54,550 nt of DNA. Origin: Rhizaria sp. SCN 62-66 (Eukaryota). The position numbers and the translations under genes are program-made. The stretch lies in NCBI GenBank assembly GCA_001724265.1, contig MEDY01000076.1:124001-178550 (forward strand), written 5' to 3'. The number at the start of each line of letters is the position of its first letter. Position 1 is the stretch's first letter. Under the pieces are notes generated by a model, which was not told the origin of the DNA, did no database searches, and saw only the letters and a program-made list of their open reading frames with translations. Below are positions 22,206 to 35,833 of the stretch, one piece after another.

Positions 22206-23331
22206 TGTGGCAACAGATCACGGAGTCAGCTGAGGTGGGCAGTAGTGGCGCGACACGAGCGATAGCGGTTGTACGGCAGCAGGTTCGTGGTCTAAGGCAG
22301 GTGCAAGATGGTGCAACAATTAACGGGTGCCAATCTTAGTGGTGGAAAGCCTAGCTGTCTTTTGGCTGCAATACAAGGTCGAACAGTGTCGACAACTGTG
22401 TTGTGCGAGTGTGGATGGAAGTGGCAGTGACAAGTGCTACCGGAGACCCCCCGTGCAGTGCGTGGGCTAGTGCGAAGGGGTCGAGAGTTTAGTTAAATAG
22501 TAGATGGCCGCCACAAAAGGGCGTAGGGCGTGTCTAGATGTAGACCGGTGTTGGGCCTAACGTACTTGCTCTCTCAGGAAGCAAGTTCGAACCCGAACTG
22601 ATCCGACTGAGCACGGAGGCTAGAAAGAAAGCTGCTAGCAAAAAGGGAAGAAACGGATTTATAGCAATGTTAGCTATGATTACAAAAACAATAAATGCGC
22701 ATGTGTCAAAGAAAAGTGTTTTCAACCCATTTCTATCTCGTCACACAGAGAGAATAGTCTGAGAAGGGCGTTGCACGGTGCGAGCATAGTGGCCGACCGC
22801 CCTCGAACCTATGAGAGCACATCGCAGGGATATGTCAATCTGTGAGAGCAACAATTGAAACCTAACGCAGATACCTACGCCAAGTATTCCAGATTTCCGT
22901 CAGCATATGCATCACGGTCGCGGCATCGCACACTACTCAAATCAAGCTTTGCCTCTTCTGGAGTCTTCGACTCGAGCGAGCGCCAGAGGCCCATCGAGTC
23001 AGCCTGTGGCAGCGTCAATGTAAGCACATCACTCCTCACAAAAAGACTCGTCATGAATGAATTGGAACCCAGCCGTCATAACGCACATTAAAACAAGCAG
23101 CTATTCATGAATTTTCTTTTGTATTGACACAACTATGCGCAACAAACAAAGATGCACTCGCACGACATGTTACGATGCGCTGCTCTTGGCTTGCGTTGTG
23201 TGGCTTGCTTTCTCATCATATATCAAACATACAAAAACGTGAATTAAAATCTAGGTATTACAGCATTTCTCGTCAAGAAACAACAGAAAAACAAACAAAC
23301 ATAACCTGGTGACAAACAACTCTGAAAGACT

Positions 23332-25353
23332 TTACTCGTCCTTCTTAGCAGGCTCCTCCTCGTCGTCGTCGTCGTCGTCCTCGTCGTCGTCATCAGATGG
23401 AGCAGCCTCGTCATCGTCATCGTCCTTCTTCTTGGCCTCGTAGTACCCGTCGACCTTCATGTCCTTAAGCCCCAGCATGTCCAGCTGTGCCTCCGAGCGG
23501 TCGTAGTGCTCCACAGTGAGCATCGCATCCGCGTACGGGTCCGTGTCCGGGCAGCCGTCGACGCGGCCCTCCACGAACGAGTTCCCCACCGGGTCGTCGA
23601 GGATGAACGTGAAGGGCGTGTCGCCCTCGAGCAGCTCCTTGACGCGCGCGATGAACTCCTGCATCTTGCTCTTCTGCCCCGCCTCGGCCGAGTCGCCGGC
23701 GTAGAAGCCGACCGTCTTGTCGAGCTGGTCCACGATGTCGAGCAGGATGCCCTCGACGGTGGAGAACTTGCCGCCCAGCGTGCCGTGGCCGAGCTCCAGG
23801 TCCAGTTCGGGGATGATCACCGAGGCCTCGTCAGACTTTAGCACGTCGCGGGTCAGGTCCTCCTTGCAGGTCGCCTGCAGCGTGATCTTGACGGCCTGTG
23901 ACGGAAGATGTAAAAAGCAAAGGGAAAGTGGACGAATGTTAGATTTGATGGCACACATTATCACTGAATAGAAAACAACGTTGATGTTAACATAGGTACA
24001 TGAAAATCGGTTAGGTATCTTTCTATCGATACAAAAGAGTGTGAATATATGCTGCTACTGATTAAGAAGACGTACCTGGTCGGAGACGCCACCTCCGGGC
24101 TTGATCTCGGAGTCCTTGAAGCCGCAGTGCTCGCACGTAGTGCACATGACGATCACGGTCTGGAAGTACGGGATGTCGATCAAGCACATCTTGGTGTAGT
24201 TGTCGCGCCCGCACTCGTGGCACTGCGCAGTGAAGTCGGCCGCCTTGTTGGCGCTGTCACTGATCAGCGAGTCGAACTTCTCCAACGGCTTCTTGTCCAT
24301 CATCGTCGCCGCCATCGTCTTGAGCGGCGCCTTGGAGCCGCCCGACTTGTACGTGTCGCCGCGCTCGGGCGCCAGTCCGTCCGCGCGCACGGGGGCCGCA
24401 ATGTGCGCACCCGTGCCAGGCAGGTTCGGGTTCAGCCCGCTTGCGGCGATGGCCGCCGCGGTGGCCTTGGCCTTGGCAGCGTTCTCGCGGTTGAGCGCCT
24501 GTTGCTTGGCCTGCTTGCCGCGCAGCGCCGCCTGGTCCTCCTTGATCTGCAGCATGGCCGCGGCGATGAGGTCGCGCTTGAATGCCTCAGCCTCCTCGGC
24601 CTTGACCGCGAGCACCTGCTCCGAACCCGCGGAACCCGTGGCGGCTTCACTTGCGGCCATCTGCGCGAGCTCCTCGTCCGTGGGGGAAAAGCCCAGGTCG
24701 ATGACCTCCTGACGCGTGCGCTGGCGCTTGATCACCTTGCACCGCGGGTCGGGGCCGGGTGCGTAGGGGTTCTGGATGAACGAGTTGCCAGCCAGGTCGT
24801 CGACGATGAAGGTGAACGAGTCCTTGCCCTCCTGGAACATCTCCATGCGCTGGATGAAGTCGGTCATCTTGGCAAACACCTCGGGGTCCTCCGCCTGGCG
24901 CTGGTCCTGTCCGGCCATGAGCGACTCCTTGATGTTGAGGAGGAAGCCTTCGAGCGTGTTGAGCTCGGCGCGCTTAGCGGGAATCTCGAAGTCAACCTCG
25001 GGGATGAGGATGCGCGCCGTCTCGGAGCGGACGATGTTGCGGCACAGGTCCTTGCGGATCTCCTCGTCCGAGCACATCATGGCGTCGACCGAGAGCTCGT
25101 AGCGCACGGCCGTGTCGGCCAGCCCGGCGGCGGACTTGACTTCGCGGGAGCGGAATTGGCAGTGCGGGCACTCGAACGACGTGACGAGGATCTCCTTAAA
25201 CATGGGGATCATCATGAGCAGCACGTGCGTCGTGCCGTTCTCGAAGCACTTCATGCAGACGGTTTCGACGATGTGCACGTCGCCCGTCTTGGTGTGGCGC
25301 ACCGTGTCGCGCATGCCGGGCTTGTCCGCGTGCTCCGTGGGGGTGGGGTCCAT
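23332..25353 (-). CDS. ZPR1: Zinc finger protein ZPR1; complement(join(23332..23895,24076..25353)), ~613 aa
   Basis: Two ZPR1 modules (CMKC...IPMFKEILVTSFECPHC; CHEC...IPYFQTVIVMCTTCEHCGFKDSEIKPGG), NTLEGFL/STVEGIL, DDLAGNSFIQ/DDPVGNSFVE, and an acidic tail. Intron GTACGT...CACAG. Stop TAA. Confidence 0.95.
23896..24075 (-). other. Spliceosomal intron (180 nt) in ZPR1
   Basis: GTACGT donor, CAG acceptor; joins GGGVSDQ|AVKITL. Confidence 0.9.
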
Positions 25354-26472
25354 CAGACTGGGCGGCGCACGGGGAGCGGGAGCGCAATAGTGGGAGGGAC
25401 AGTTGTTTGGTGAGGAATGAAAGGGGTGTGTCGGAGTGATGATGAGAGGGGGTGTGCCTTACAGAGGGGTTCGGAAAGCGTAAAGGTTGCATGGCCTTGC
25501 TATATACACGGTTGAAAGAATTTTTCAGTTTAGATATGCCTTCTTGTCGGTGCTAGAAGGGAATGAAAAGGAGTTGAATGGGTGCGACGCGGGAATGCGT
25601 AGCAGCGAGAGTGCACCGAAACTCCAGAACATGGGCGAGAGCCGCAAGTCAACAGGGCACTAAGACAGCCTCGAATCAGCGTCTAAAATACAGGAACTTC
25701 ATAATACTACGCATATTTCTCGCCTCGCTTTATAAATTAGTAAAAGACGGATGACAAGTGGCACTGTTTAGCTTATTAGATGCGCGCATACGCCGGCTGA
25801 CTGCAGCTGTCCGTCGCGGCTCGATTGAGTTTTTCGGAACCGGGAACCAGCCGACCCCGCCCCCCTTCACAGGCTCATCTGAGAATAAACGCAGAGATTG
25901 ACAGCTGCTGGACTTAAAACAACTTCAAAATCTTATAGGTGACACAACAACATATACCAGCGCAATGTTTATCAATTGTGTCATGCTCGTCTTTTCTGTA
26001 TACTAGACGACTTTGTGGAAGCGCCAATTTCTTTTTCACGATATATCACGCCAGCTAGCTGTTTTCAAAATACAAATATACATAAAGTATTTCACGTGAA
26101 TGCTTTAATAAAATATTCGAAATGTGGTCCTTAATATTACGTTATTGATCGTCGCTGTGACGAAAAAAGCAAGGTTTTAGAGCCAAGTATGTGCCGCCCA
26201 GGCGACGTCGCAACCGCACGACGTGGGGGGGCAGATAAAAAGACCGTGGTTCTCGACAGATTGATCGTCAACAAGAGTTTAACAAATATATTCGACATTG
26301 ACCTATATATTAATCAATATTTCTTCATCAAATCTGTCTAACCTCAATTGTGTGTGCTCAAATTACACTTCTTCGATAGCTCGTTGGTGCGTGGCAAAGC
26401 AGCAATAACCCTGCTTGTTCACTCACCATCGGCTCACCCCCCTTGCATCGCGCCACGCCTATCTCACGCGCC

Positions 26473-29400
26473 ATGTCGTCGGAGTATAACGCATACGAGT
26501 CCCCCGACGCCCCTGTCTCTGATAACCCCGCTTCTCTTGCGCCCTATTCTGCCCTGCCAGATGACAGCAGCAATACGTTGGACAACGCGCACAAAGCGAG
26601 CACCAACAGCAAAGCTCACAAGGACACCACCGGAGGCGACGACAATGACGACAGCAATGACAACGAGGCTGATGACGACACGTACCACGAGGGCGCGCTC
26701 CCCGCCTTGCGCAGCCGCAGCAACTTCGCGCGCGGCAAGTCGCTCCTCGGCTACGACAGCTCGGCCTCGTTCGCGCTGCTCTCGGGCACGCGGCGCAAGA
26801 CGTCCAATCTTGAGCGCGTGATCAGCTGCGTCAATAACCTCGACACGGCAATGAGCTTTGCCAACTACGACTTCTGGGCCGAGGCGTCTGTTCTGTCCTC
26901 CGCGTCTTCGTCATCGTTCGCGGGCTCATTCGCGCGCTCACCCACCTCCAAGTCTGCTCTCCCGCGCCCCGCATCCATCAACGTCGCCAAATCGCCATCG
27001 TCTTCGCTCAAGACCATGCTTGGCTCCGGTGACGCTGCGACCGGCGCCAGCGACGGCGCCGCCGCCCCGGCCGGCGTCGACGAGAACGGCGAGTTATTGG
27101 ATACCTCTGACTCCGTGTCCCGTGCATTCCTGTCCCACGAGCTGTGGATGATGCTCTCAATCGCGGCCCCCGTCGCCCTTTCGTTCCTCTGCCGTTCGAC
27201 CATGTTCCTCGTCGACGTCTCCGTGCTCGGCCGCATTGACACAGACTACCTCGCGGGCGCCTCGCTGGCCAACATCTGGATGAAGATCACATCCACACTG
27301 GTCGACCGCGGCGTCGGCGGCGCCGTCGGCGTCATGTGCGGACAGGCGTACGGCGCCAAGAACTACCGCCTCGTCTCGCTCTACGTGCAGCAGGCGCTGC
27401 TGTGGGCCGTCGTGGGCAGCTTGCCGGTGGCGGCGCTGTGGTCAGCGACTTCGCCGATCCTGCAGCTCGTGGGCGTTAACAAGGTGCAGGCCGACCTGGC
27501 GGCCGAGTTCTCGCGCTGGTCGCTCATCAAACTCGTCCCGATCAACGTGTACTACGTGCTGCAGCGCTGGATGCAGGTGCAGCGGCAGGTGTTGCCTGCT
27601 ATGATTGTCAACATTGCGTCCGTCGCGGCCAACTTCGGGCTCAACATGCTGCTCGTGCACGGCTGGGAGGCCGTCGGCGTAAGTCCACTGGGGTTCAAGG
27701 GCTCGGCAATTGCGACCTCTCTCACTCAAGTCTTCATCCTTGTCACATTCTTCCTCTACGTGTGGCTCAACGGCTATCACCAGAAGACTTGGTTTGGCTG
27801 GGACATGCGCGCGGCGCTGCGCAAAGATCGCGTGAAGCGCTTCCTGCTGGGTCAGGTCATCCCCCTCGGCATCGGCTCTTGCTTCGAGGAATGGCAACTT
27901 CAAGTGCGTAAAACCTTCAAAGCGAAGCTTTTGTCGATATATATTGTGATTATATGTACCAGTCACATGTTTAAATGACATTCTTTACTCTGGTGTTGGT
28001 TCAACTAATTTATATTTCCAGATATATCATTTCATCTTCTCTCAATCTACTCTGTTCTTTTCGTAGGCTGTTGGCTTGCTCGCTGCGAAGCTTGGCACCA
28101 TTGCTGTCGCGACTCATAGCGCGACCCTATCCGTGTTCTACTGCTCCTGTGCACTCGTCTACGGCCTCTCGGCCGCACTGGCGGTTCGCGTCGCCCGCCA
28201 CCTCGGCGCCGGCACGCCCGCTCGCGCGCGCGCAGTGTCCAAGTACGGCGTCGTCATCTCGTTCGTCCTCGGCGGACTCATCTGCCTCGTCTACATCTTT
28301 TTCCGCAACCTCTCGAAGCTCTACTCGTCGGACCCGCTGGTGTGGGAGCAGTCGCGCCGCATCCAGCTCGTCGTCGGCTTCGCTTTCCTCTCCATGTCCC
28401 TCTACTACGCCACGCTCGCCTCGCTCAACGGACAGGCGCGGCCAATCAACGTCGCCGTCAGCTTCTTCATCGGGGCCTGGTGCATCGGCGTCCCGCTGTG
28501 CTACGTGCTCGCCTTTGTGGCCGATTTGGGGCTGCTGGGGCTTTGGATCGGGACAATGTGTTCGCAGACGGCCGTCACTGCAGTCATGGGGATCTCTGTC
28601 CTCAGTTCGGGTGCGTCGACTACCGTGATGCGAAAAACAGATGCGCACGATAATCTCTTTGGGAATGATTTATTTTACCAATGTGTGCTATGTTGCCTCT
28701 TGTCTCACCCCATCTTTGTTTATGTTTCTTGCTCATTTGACACCGCTCATGAAGACTGGGAAGAGCTAACTCTGCTCGCTGCTGAAAAGGCTGAAGCCAA
28801 GACTCGCACCATTGCGCTGGCGTCCAGTGAGTTCGAGGAAGCCGGCATGGGCGACACCGAGTTTGGCGATGAAGCTATTGAGGCGCTTGAGGGCGAACTG
28901 TCGGCGGAGCATCTGAACGCAAGCTTCGGCAACGGTGGTGTCAACAACGGCAATAGCAGCGCCGCGATCGTTAAGGTAACGACGCAAGGCAGTGCTGCTG
29001 CCCCTGCGAATGCAAGTGGTCGAAATACTGGCCGTAGGCGCAGTGGAGACAGCAGCAATAGCGGCAGCAGCGGCGACAACTGGCAAAACCGTGGCGGCAT
29101 GAGCTTCAAAGCGATCTCCATCGCAGGCTCTGTCTCATCCAACCACGGCACCAGTGCTCTTGACAACGTTGAGAGCAACGCCAATGCTGCTGGCGATCCT
29201 GCTGGCAACAACAAGAACGGTCACAAAAGCAGCTTGAAGAACGCAAAGATCGACGATGCCAACGGTAATGCGAAGAGTAAGAACGGCCGAGTGATGTTTG
29301 CAATCGCTCCGGGCTCTTTTGTCACAAGCTCCTCTGTCCCTGTTCTTGCCGACAACACCGGCGATACGACGAGCAAGAGCACGCCCGAGAGCGGATCTGT

Positions 29401-29518
29401 GAGCGGCGACAGCGCTGGTACTTCGCGCAACCTGTCAAACGTGACGGCAGACATGGGCTTTGTGCCGCAAAGCGCTGCTATTGCGAGGGGCAAAAACGCC
29501 GATAATGCGCAACGGTAA
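26473..29518 (+). CDS. MATE-family multidrug/toxin efflux transporter; join(26473..27903,28067..28610,28755..29518), ~912 aa
   Basis: Motifs LGRIDTDYLAGASLAN, MCGQAYGAKNY, LGFKGSAIATSL, VRVARHLGAG, LGLLGLWIG and ..DWEE; multiple hydrophobic helices; long hydrophilic N- and C-terminal tails. Stop TAA. Confidence 0.9.
27904..28066 (+). other. Spliceosomal intron 1 (163 nt) in the MATE gene
   Basis: GTGCGT donor, TAG acceptor after a pyrimidine tract; joins EEWQLQ|AVGLLAAKLG. Confidence 0.88.
28611..28754 (+). other. Probable intron 2 (144 nt, in frame, stop-free) in the MATE gene
   Basis: GTGCGT donor, AT-rich body, AAG acceptor; removal gives VLSS-DWEE, resembling the conserved MATE C-terminal 'xDW' motif. 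Confidence 0.7.
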
Positions 29519-30933
29519 GAGAGCAGCGCGTATATATTCCAGTCTTGACCTGTGTGAATAACTCGTACAATCTGTGTGTATACTTCATTTTCTTGTCTTA
29601 ATAATGTGTACTCTGTCTTTGTTTGTTTCTCTTTTTGTTACGCTATCGTTTGCGCTGTAATTGCTATTGTAACTGTTACACGCATAATAACATAGTATTT
29701 GATGGTGGTGTGGTTAAAATCATTTTTTCTGTTTGTTGGTTATTTATTGGATCTGTATGCTCTGACTTTGCCGCTGTGAATTCAGTGTCGTAGTTACTAT
29801 TGTGGTGCTGTGCTTGTGATCGCTTTTCAATCGAACTCTTGTGAACACGCGATGCACGATATACAAAATCGAAGTTGATAGCAAACACTAAACATGGCAA
29901 TCGGACTTATAAGAGAAAGTGACACCTTTATTGCAATGACTATATCTCTATAAAGCGTTGGTGTGTGTAACTTTGCTCCGGGTTTTAATCTGCCGCTTTG
30001 TGGCAGCGCACCCAATGCGCCGTATTGTGACTCATTGTGTCTTCTTAGTCTTCTTTGAAGACGCTGACTTAGACGTGTTGGCTTTGGTCGGTGCTGGTTT
30101 GGAGAGTCCACAAAACACATTTATTTTCTCGCTAACTTTTGATTTTACCTCCGTCAACTTTTGGGACTTTTACCTTCCTGCGGCATTGTCTCCCATCCCA
30201 CAGAAAACTGGTCCCACCCTTCCAGACATCTGGACCGCTTTGCCCCATGATTCCGGCTTGTTTCTCGTCTCGTGTTGCTTCGCACTTACATGTGTTAAAC
30301 ACATCTATCTGCCATTGTTTCGGTACCCAAAAACGCGTTAGGTTGCAAGAATAAGTGGGCTATGATGCGTTTGATGGTAGAGATGGGACGTGTGACCGGC
30401 AGATACAAGGAGGATGATAACCTTGGAAACAACATTGCAACGAGAGATTATAAAAAGGCGATAGGTTGAATTAAACTATGCGCGAATAAAATACTCAATT
30501 ACAAGTATATAACGGATTATGATGCATATCATCGACGAATACGTTGGCGCCTCTGTGGACACTCTCATGCCGCTCGTCCCATTTTGCCATATGGCCGTTA
30601 AGACATCATCAAAAAACAGATAGCGATGTGATGATTAGTGTGTATCCATTGAATCGTTGCAAAATGTGGATCCCATTTGCGCACTTTTCCTGTTCATCTC
30701 AAACATTGCGACCTTAGACAAAGCAAAATTGATTTTTTGATATGGCCCTCAAGTCCTAGTTCTCACCACAAACATCAATATAATATCCAAGCCAGCATTG
30801 CCGAGTCCAGCCGTGTGCGCTGGTGTCCATACTCTCCACATACACGGTCATGTCAAATTGCGTTACGCCCCACAGCATCTTCGCTGAGAGTGTCACGTAT
30901 TCATCCTCACTCTCGCCACTCAGCTCATTTCGT

Positions 30934-33223
30934 TCATTCCTCCCCCTCGCTCTTGCCTCCCGGCAGGCCCTCGACCTCGCGGCCCAGGCTGGCAGTGTCG
31001 AGGTAGTCCGCGCCGCCGCCGCCGCTGCCCAAGACGGGGGCGGGGAGCGGTGCGTCGTTCGCACTGTTGTTGTTACTGTTGCTCTTGATATTGCTGATAT
31101 TGCTGTTATTGTTGTTGTTGCTGTCGACCATCGCCCAGTCCTCGTCGTCCTGCTGGTCGAACCAAGGCGACGCACACACGGCGGCCTTCACCGCCGCAGC
31201 GTCAACAGCAACAGCACCAGGAGCGTTGCCAGAAGCAGCAGCACTCTCGTCGGCGCCAGCGTCAGCAGCGACGGAAAGGCTGACGCTAGTGGCGACGCAG
31301 ACGCCGACGGCGCCGCCGTCGGCGGCCACGGCGGCAACGGCAACGGTGCGGATGTTCGCGTACACAGCATCCGCCTCTGCGTCATCCACCACATTCGCGT
31401 CGGCAGGAACAGAGACAGCGTCGCTCGCGCTCGCACTCGCGGCAGACTCGGGCTGAGGCTCCGAGCTCTTGGCATTCTCACTCACGCTCTCGTTATGGTT
31501 GTTGCCACGCGCGTCGGGCACGTCGATAGGGGTGAAAAGCGCTTTGACGTCACGCACGACTGACGGCAGCGCCGCCAACGCGTGCGCCGTCGCCACGCCC
31601 GCGCGCGCCGCCGCCGCCAGCGCCTGCGACGCCAGCGCCGCACCCCTGCTGCCGGCGGAGCTGTTGGCCGCGCTCCCGGGGTTCGCACCACTGTCCACAC
31701 TACTGCTCAGGCTGCTGCTGCCGTCAGAGGCCAAGGGGGTGGCGCTCGCAGGCGACGAAGGCACGTGCAGAGACAAGTCAATCCCCGTCAAGTCTGAACT
31801 ACCTGCACCTGCACCTGCATTCGCGCTCGCATTGATGCTGCCGCCGTTAGCATACGCCTGTAGCAGCTCCTCCGCAGTCTGAGGCTTCTTGCTCCCAGCA
31901 CTGTTGCTGTTGCTGTTGCTGTTGCTGGCGCTGCCCGTTGGCGCTGCGAAGAAGCTCGCCGTGCCCGCCGCCGCCAGCGCGGCCGCGCTGCTCGCGCTGC
32001 TGCCGCTGTCGGGAGGGCTGTTTGCAGCAGCGAGGGGCGTGCTTGCCGCGGAGCGCACCTTGTCCTGCGCGTCGACCCACTGCGCCGACGCGCTGCGCAG
32101 CCGCTGCAGCGTGTCGTGCGAGGCCTTGCGCATCAGCGCCGCGGCGGAGCCCTTGGTGGCCTCGGCGGCGCGGGCGGTGGCGCGGAGCGAGGTCTCGATC
32201 ATGGGGCGATGCGTGCGGACGACGGGGCGCATGACGAGCGCGAATAGCGTCGACGCGCCCTCGGTCGTGGGGGAGTAGCACCAAATCAGGAAGACAAGCT
32301 TGAGCAGGTGGTAGAAAGGGATCCAAGAGAGCCCCCAGTCCGTCACCGCCTCGGAAGTACTGAAGAGGAAGAAAACGATCCAGTAGCACAGCATATGCTT
32401 GCGCAGCGCGAACTGGGCGCTGGGACGCGTGCCGCTGCCGCCCATAGTACCGCTGCCGCTGCCGTTGCCGTTGGGCCGGGAGCGGGAGCCGCGGGGGCGC
32501 AGGCCTGACACGGGAGCCCCGCTAGCGTTGTTGTTGTTACTGCTAGAGCCGTTGCGTGGCGTGAGGGCGGCTGAGGCAGCGCGGGAGCGGGTGCCGTCAT
32601 CGCGCGCGTTGCTGTTGCTGCTGCTGTTGCCGCCAACGGAGCCGCCGTGCTGAGGGTAGGTCGACGGGTGGTCCGAGATGGTGCTGAGCGTGGTCATCAG
32701 CGGCACGACGAAGCCGGCGAGAAAGACGACGAGGGACATGCCGTAGCCCCAGATGACGAGCGAGAGCACGGCACCCACGGCAGCCAGCACAATGTACACC
32801 TTCTGCACGTGCAAAACGCGCTCCAACGATGACAGCAGCGGATACTCCTCCAAGTTGTCGTTCCAGTCGTCGAGCGTGGCCCACACGGAGGATGACCACG
32901 ACGCGTCGGCGCCCAGGCTGGCGCGGCGACTCAAGCGGCGGCGGCGGCGCAGGCGGGCCGCCTCGTCCTCGTCCTCGTACGCGGCGTCGTCGTTGTAGTC
33001 GTGGCTGTCGGGGCCGTGGCCGTTGTGGTCGCCGTCGAAGTGGTCATCGTTCTCGTCGTCATCGCTGGAAAAGTTACCGGGGATCGGAACGCGGTTGCTA
33101 AACAAACATATACGCGTATTTCACAACACAATACAGAGTAATGCGTACGTTATCATATTCAACGTATATAACATAGAGTACCCCGTTGAAATCGCATAGA
33201 TTTGAATCGATATGTTAAAGTTA

Positions 33224-33256
<33 letters not shown>

Positions 33257-33326
33257 GGCCATGGGATGTGCCGCCACTGCCGTTGCTGCCGGCGGCAGCC
33301 TGTGTGCCGTTGTCAAAGTATGACAT
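30934..33326 (-). CDS. REEP/DP1/Yop1 (TB2/DP1, HVA22 family) ER-shaping protein with long disordered extensions; main exon 30934..33097, probable first exon from ATG 33326
   Basis: LSSLERVLHVQKVYIVL...LAGFVVPLMTT and LCYWIVFFLFSTSEAVTDWGLSWIPFYHLLKLVFLIWCYSPTTEGASTLF match the TB2/DP1 pattern. TTTAG acceptor ends at 33098. Upstream exon MSYFDNGTQAAAGSNGSGGTSHGH, then T30 and a GTAACT donor, which is out of phase by 1 nt (see findings). Stop TGA. Confidence 0.82.
33225..33254. repeat. A30 homopolymer
   Basis: 30 consecutive A on the + strand, at the end of the presumed REEP exon 1. Confidence 0.95.
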
Positions 33327-34087
33327 GCCGCGGGGCTGATGTGCACACTGCAGAGTGTGTGGCAGTAGCGCGGGGTGGTGTTAGGGCGGGCGAGAGAGTT
33401 GTTGCCAAGCAAGTCAGTCGCTACAAGAGGGAAAGAGATAGCTGTTAACGCTCGTGGCTGGAGAGCACGAGAAAAGACGAGACAACGAAGACAAAAACGT
33501 TCTCTGGCGAGAGCGCAGCTGTGATACGATAGGTATAAACAGCAGTGCAGTAAGGGGTCGTGTGAGTCAGACAGAAATAAGGAGAGGGAGAGACGATGTA
33601 GAGGCGGGCGTGGATGCGAGTTCGAACTGCTGATGGGCACACGCACGTGCATCTTAGCAAGGCTGAGAAAGACATAGAACGCCAAAATCAAGAATCAACA
33701 AAGAAGTACAATACTTCAAACGATGTCTAAAATATCAAAATTGTTGTAAAATCCGTCGTTATCGAGTTAAACTAGAGCTTGTTGATCAGCAAATCGGCAG
33801 TATCCCCCCCGCCACAACCACAAGCGAAGCGCAACGAGTCGCTGTGTCAACGGACACAAACATGCGGAACGCATTGTTATAACAAGACATTTCGCGTATA
33901 ACGAGTATCTACATTGGAGTTGTTGCAACATATGGTGTATTAAAAGCTTTCAAATCTTAGTGCATGTGTAATTCCGCACTGAGTGCACATATACCCGCGT
34001 ATCCATCACGCTAAATTAAAAAATCCCTAAGTCTGCTGTCACAGAAAGCATATCTGTAAACGCTCGTAAACCCTCACCTGCTTAGGC

Positions 34088-35256
<1,169 letters not shown>

Positions 35257-35833
35257 GATGCGGAGAAAGCTATGGTTTGGTGCGTAGCAGAGATCATGAA
35301 GCGTGGAGGGGAGGCGGTGACGGCACAGCGTGGAAGGGCGTGAGAAGAAACAAGGAATAGGGTAGGAAGGAAATGCATGGTGGAAGTGTAATAAACAATT
35401 GCTATAGGATGCCTACTGTCCCTTATGGATTCACTGCGCGCATTTCTCAGCACGGATGTTCGATAGCAGGTATCTCTGCATTTGAATAGTCACTCTTCGA
35501 GATCTGGTCCAGCGCTTGTTCACCACTGCAACGGCCGCAGAGTCGCGTCATCCTCATGCCCTGCTCTGCAATGATCGTACTTAACACAGAAAACAAAGAA
35601 TCTAAATGTAATCTATTGGATTTGTAATACTCCTAAAATTGCAGCTGCTAGCACTCCGACCTTGATTGTCAAATCTACTCTCCTAGCTCGCCATCTGAAC
35701 TTGTCACTCACTTGTCGTCATCTCCTCTCTATCGGCTTTCGTCCTGGTCCGATCGCGCACTTTCCCCTTGTATACCGCCGTCTTGGCATTGCGTGCTTCT
35801 CTGAATACTCCTCTCTTTGCCGTCGCAGCAGCC

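Noticed and set aside
22540-22620. GTTCGAACCC resembling a tRNA T-loop/B-box (looked for a suppressor tRNA-CUA)
   Set aside because: I could not fold a cloverleaf or find an A-box/D-arm at proper spacing; tRNAscan-SE would settle it.
24055-24057. TAG that ends ORF 24055..25353 in the ORF track
   Set aside because: It lies inside the ZPR1 intron (23896..24075), so it is neither a terminal nor an internal codon.
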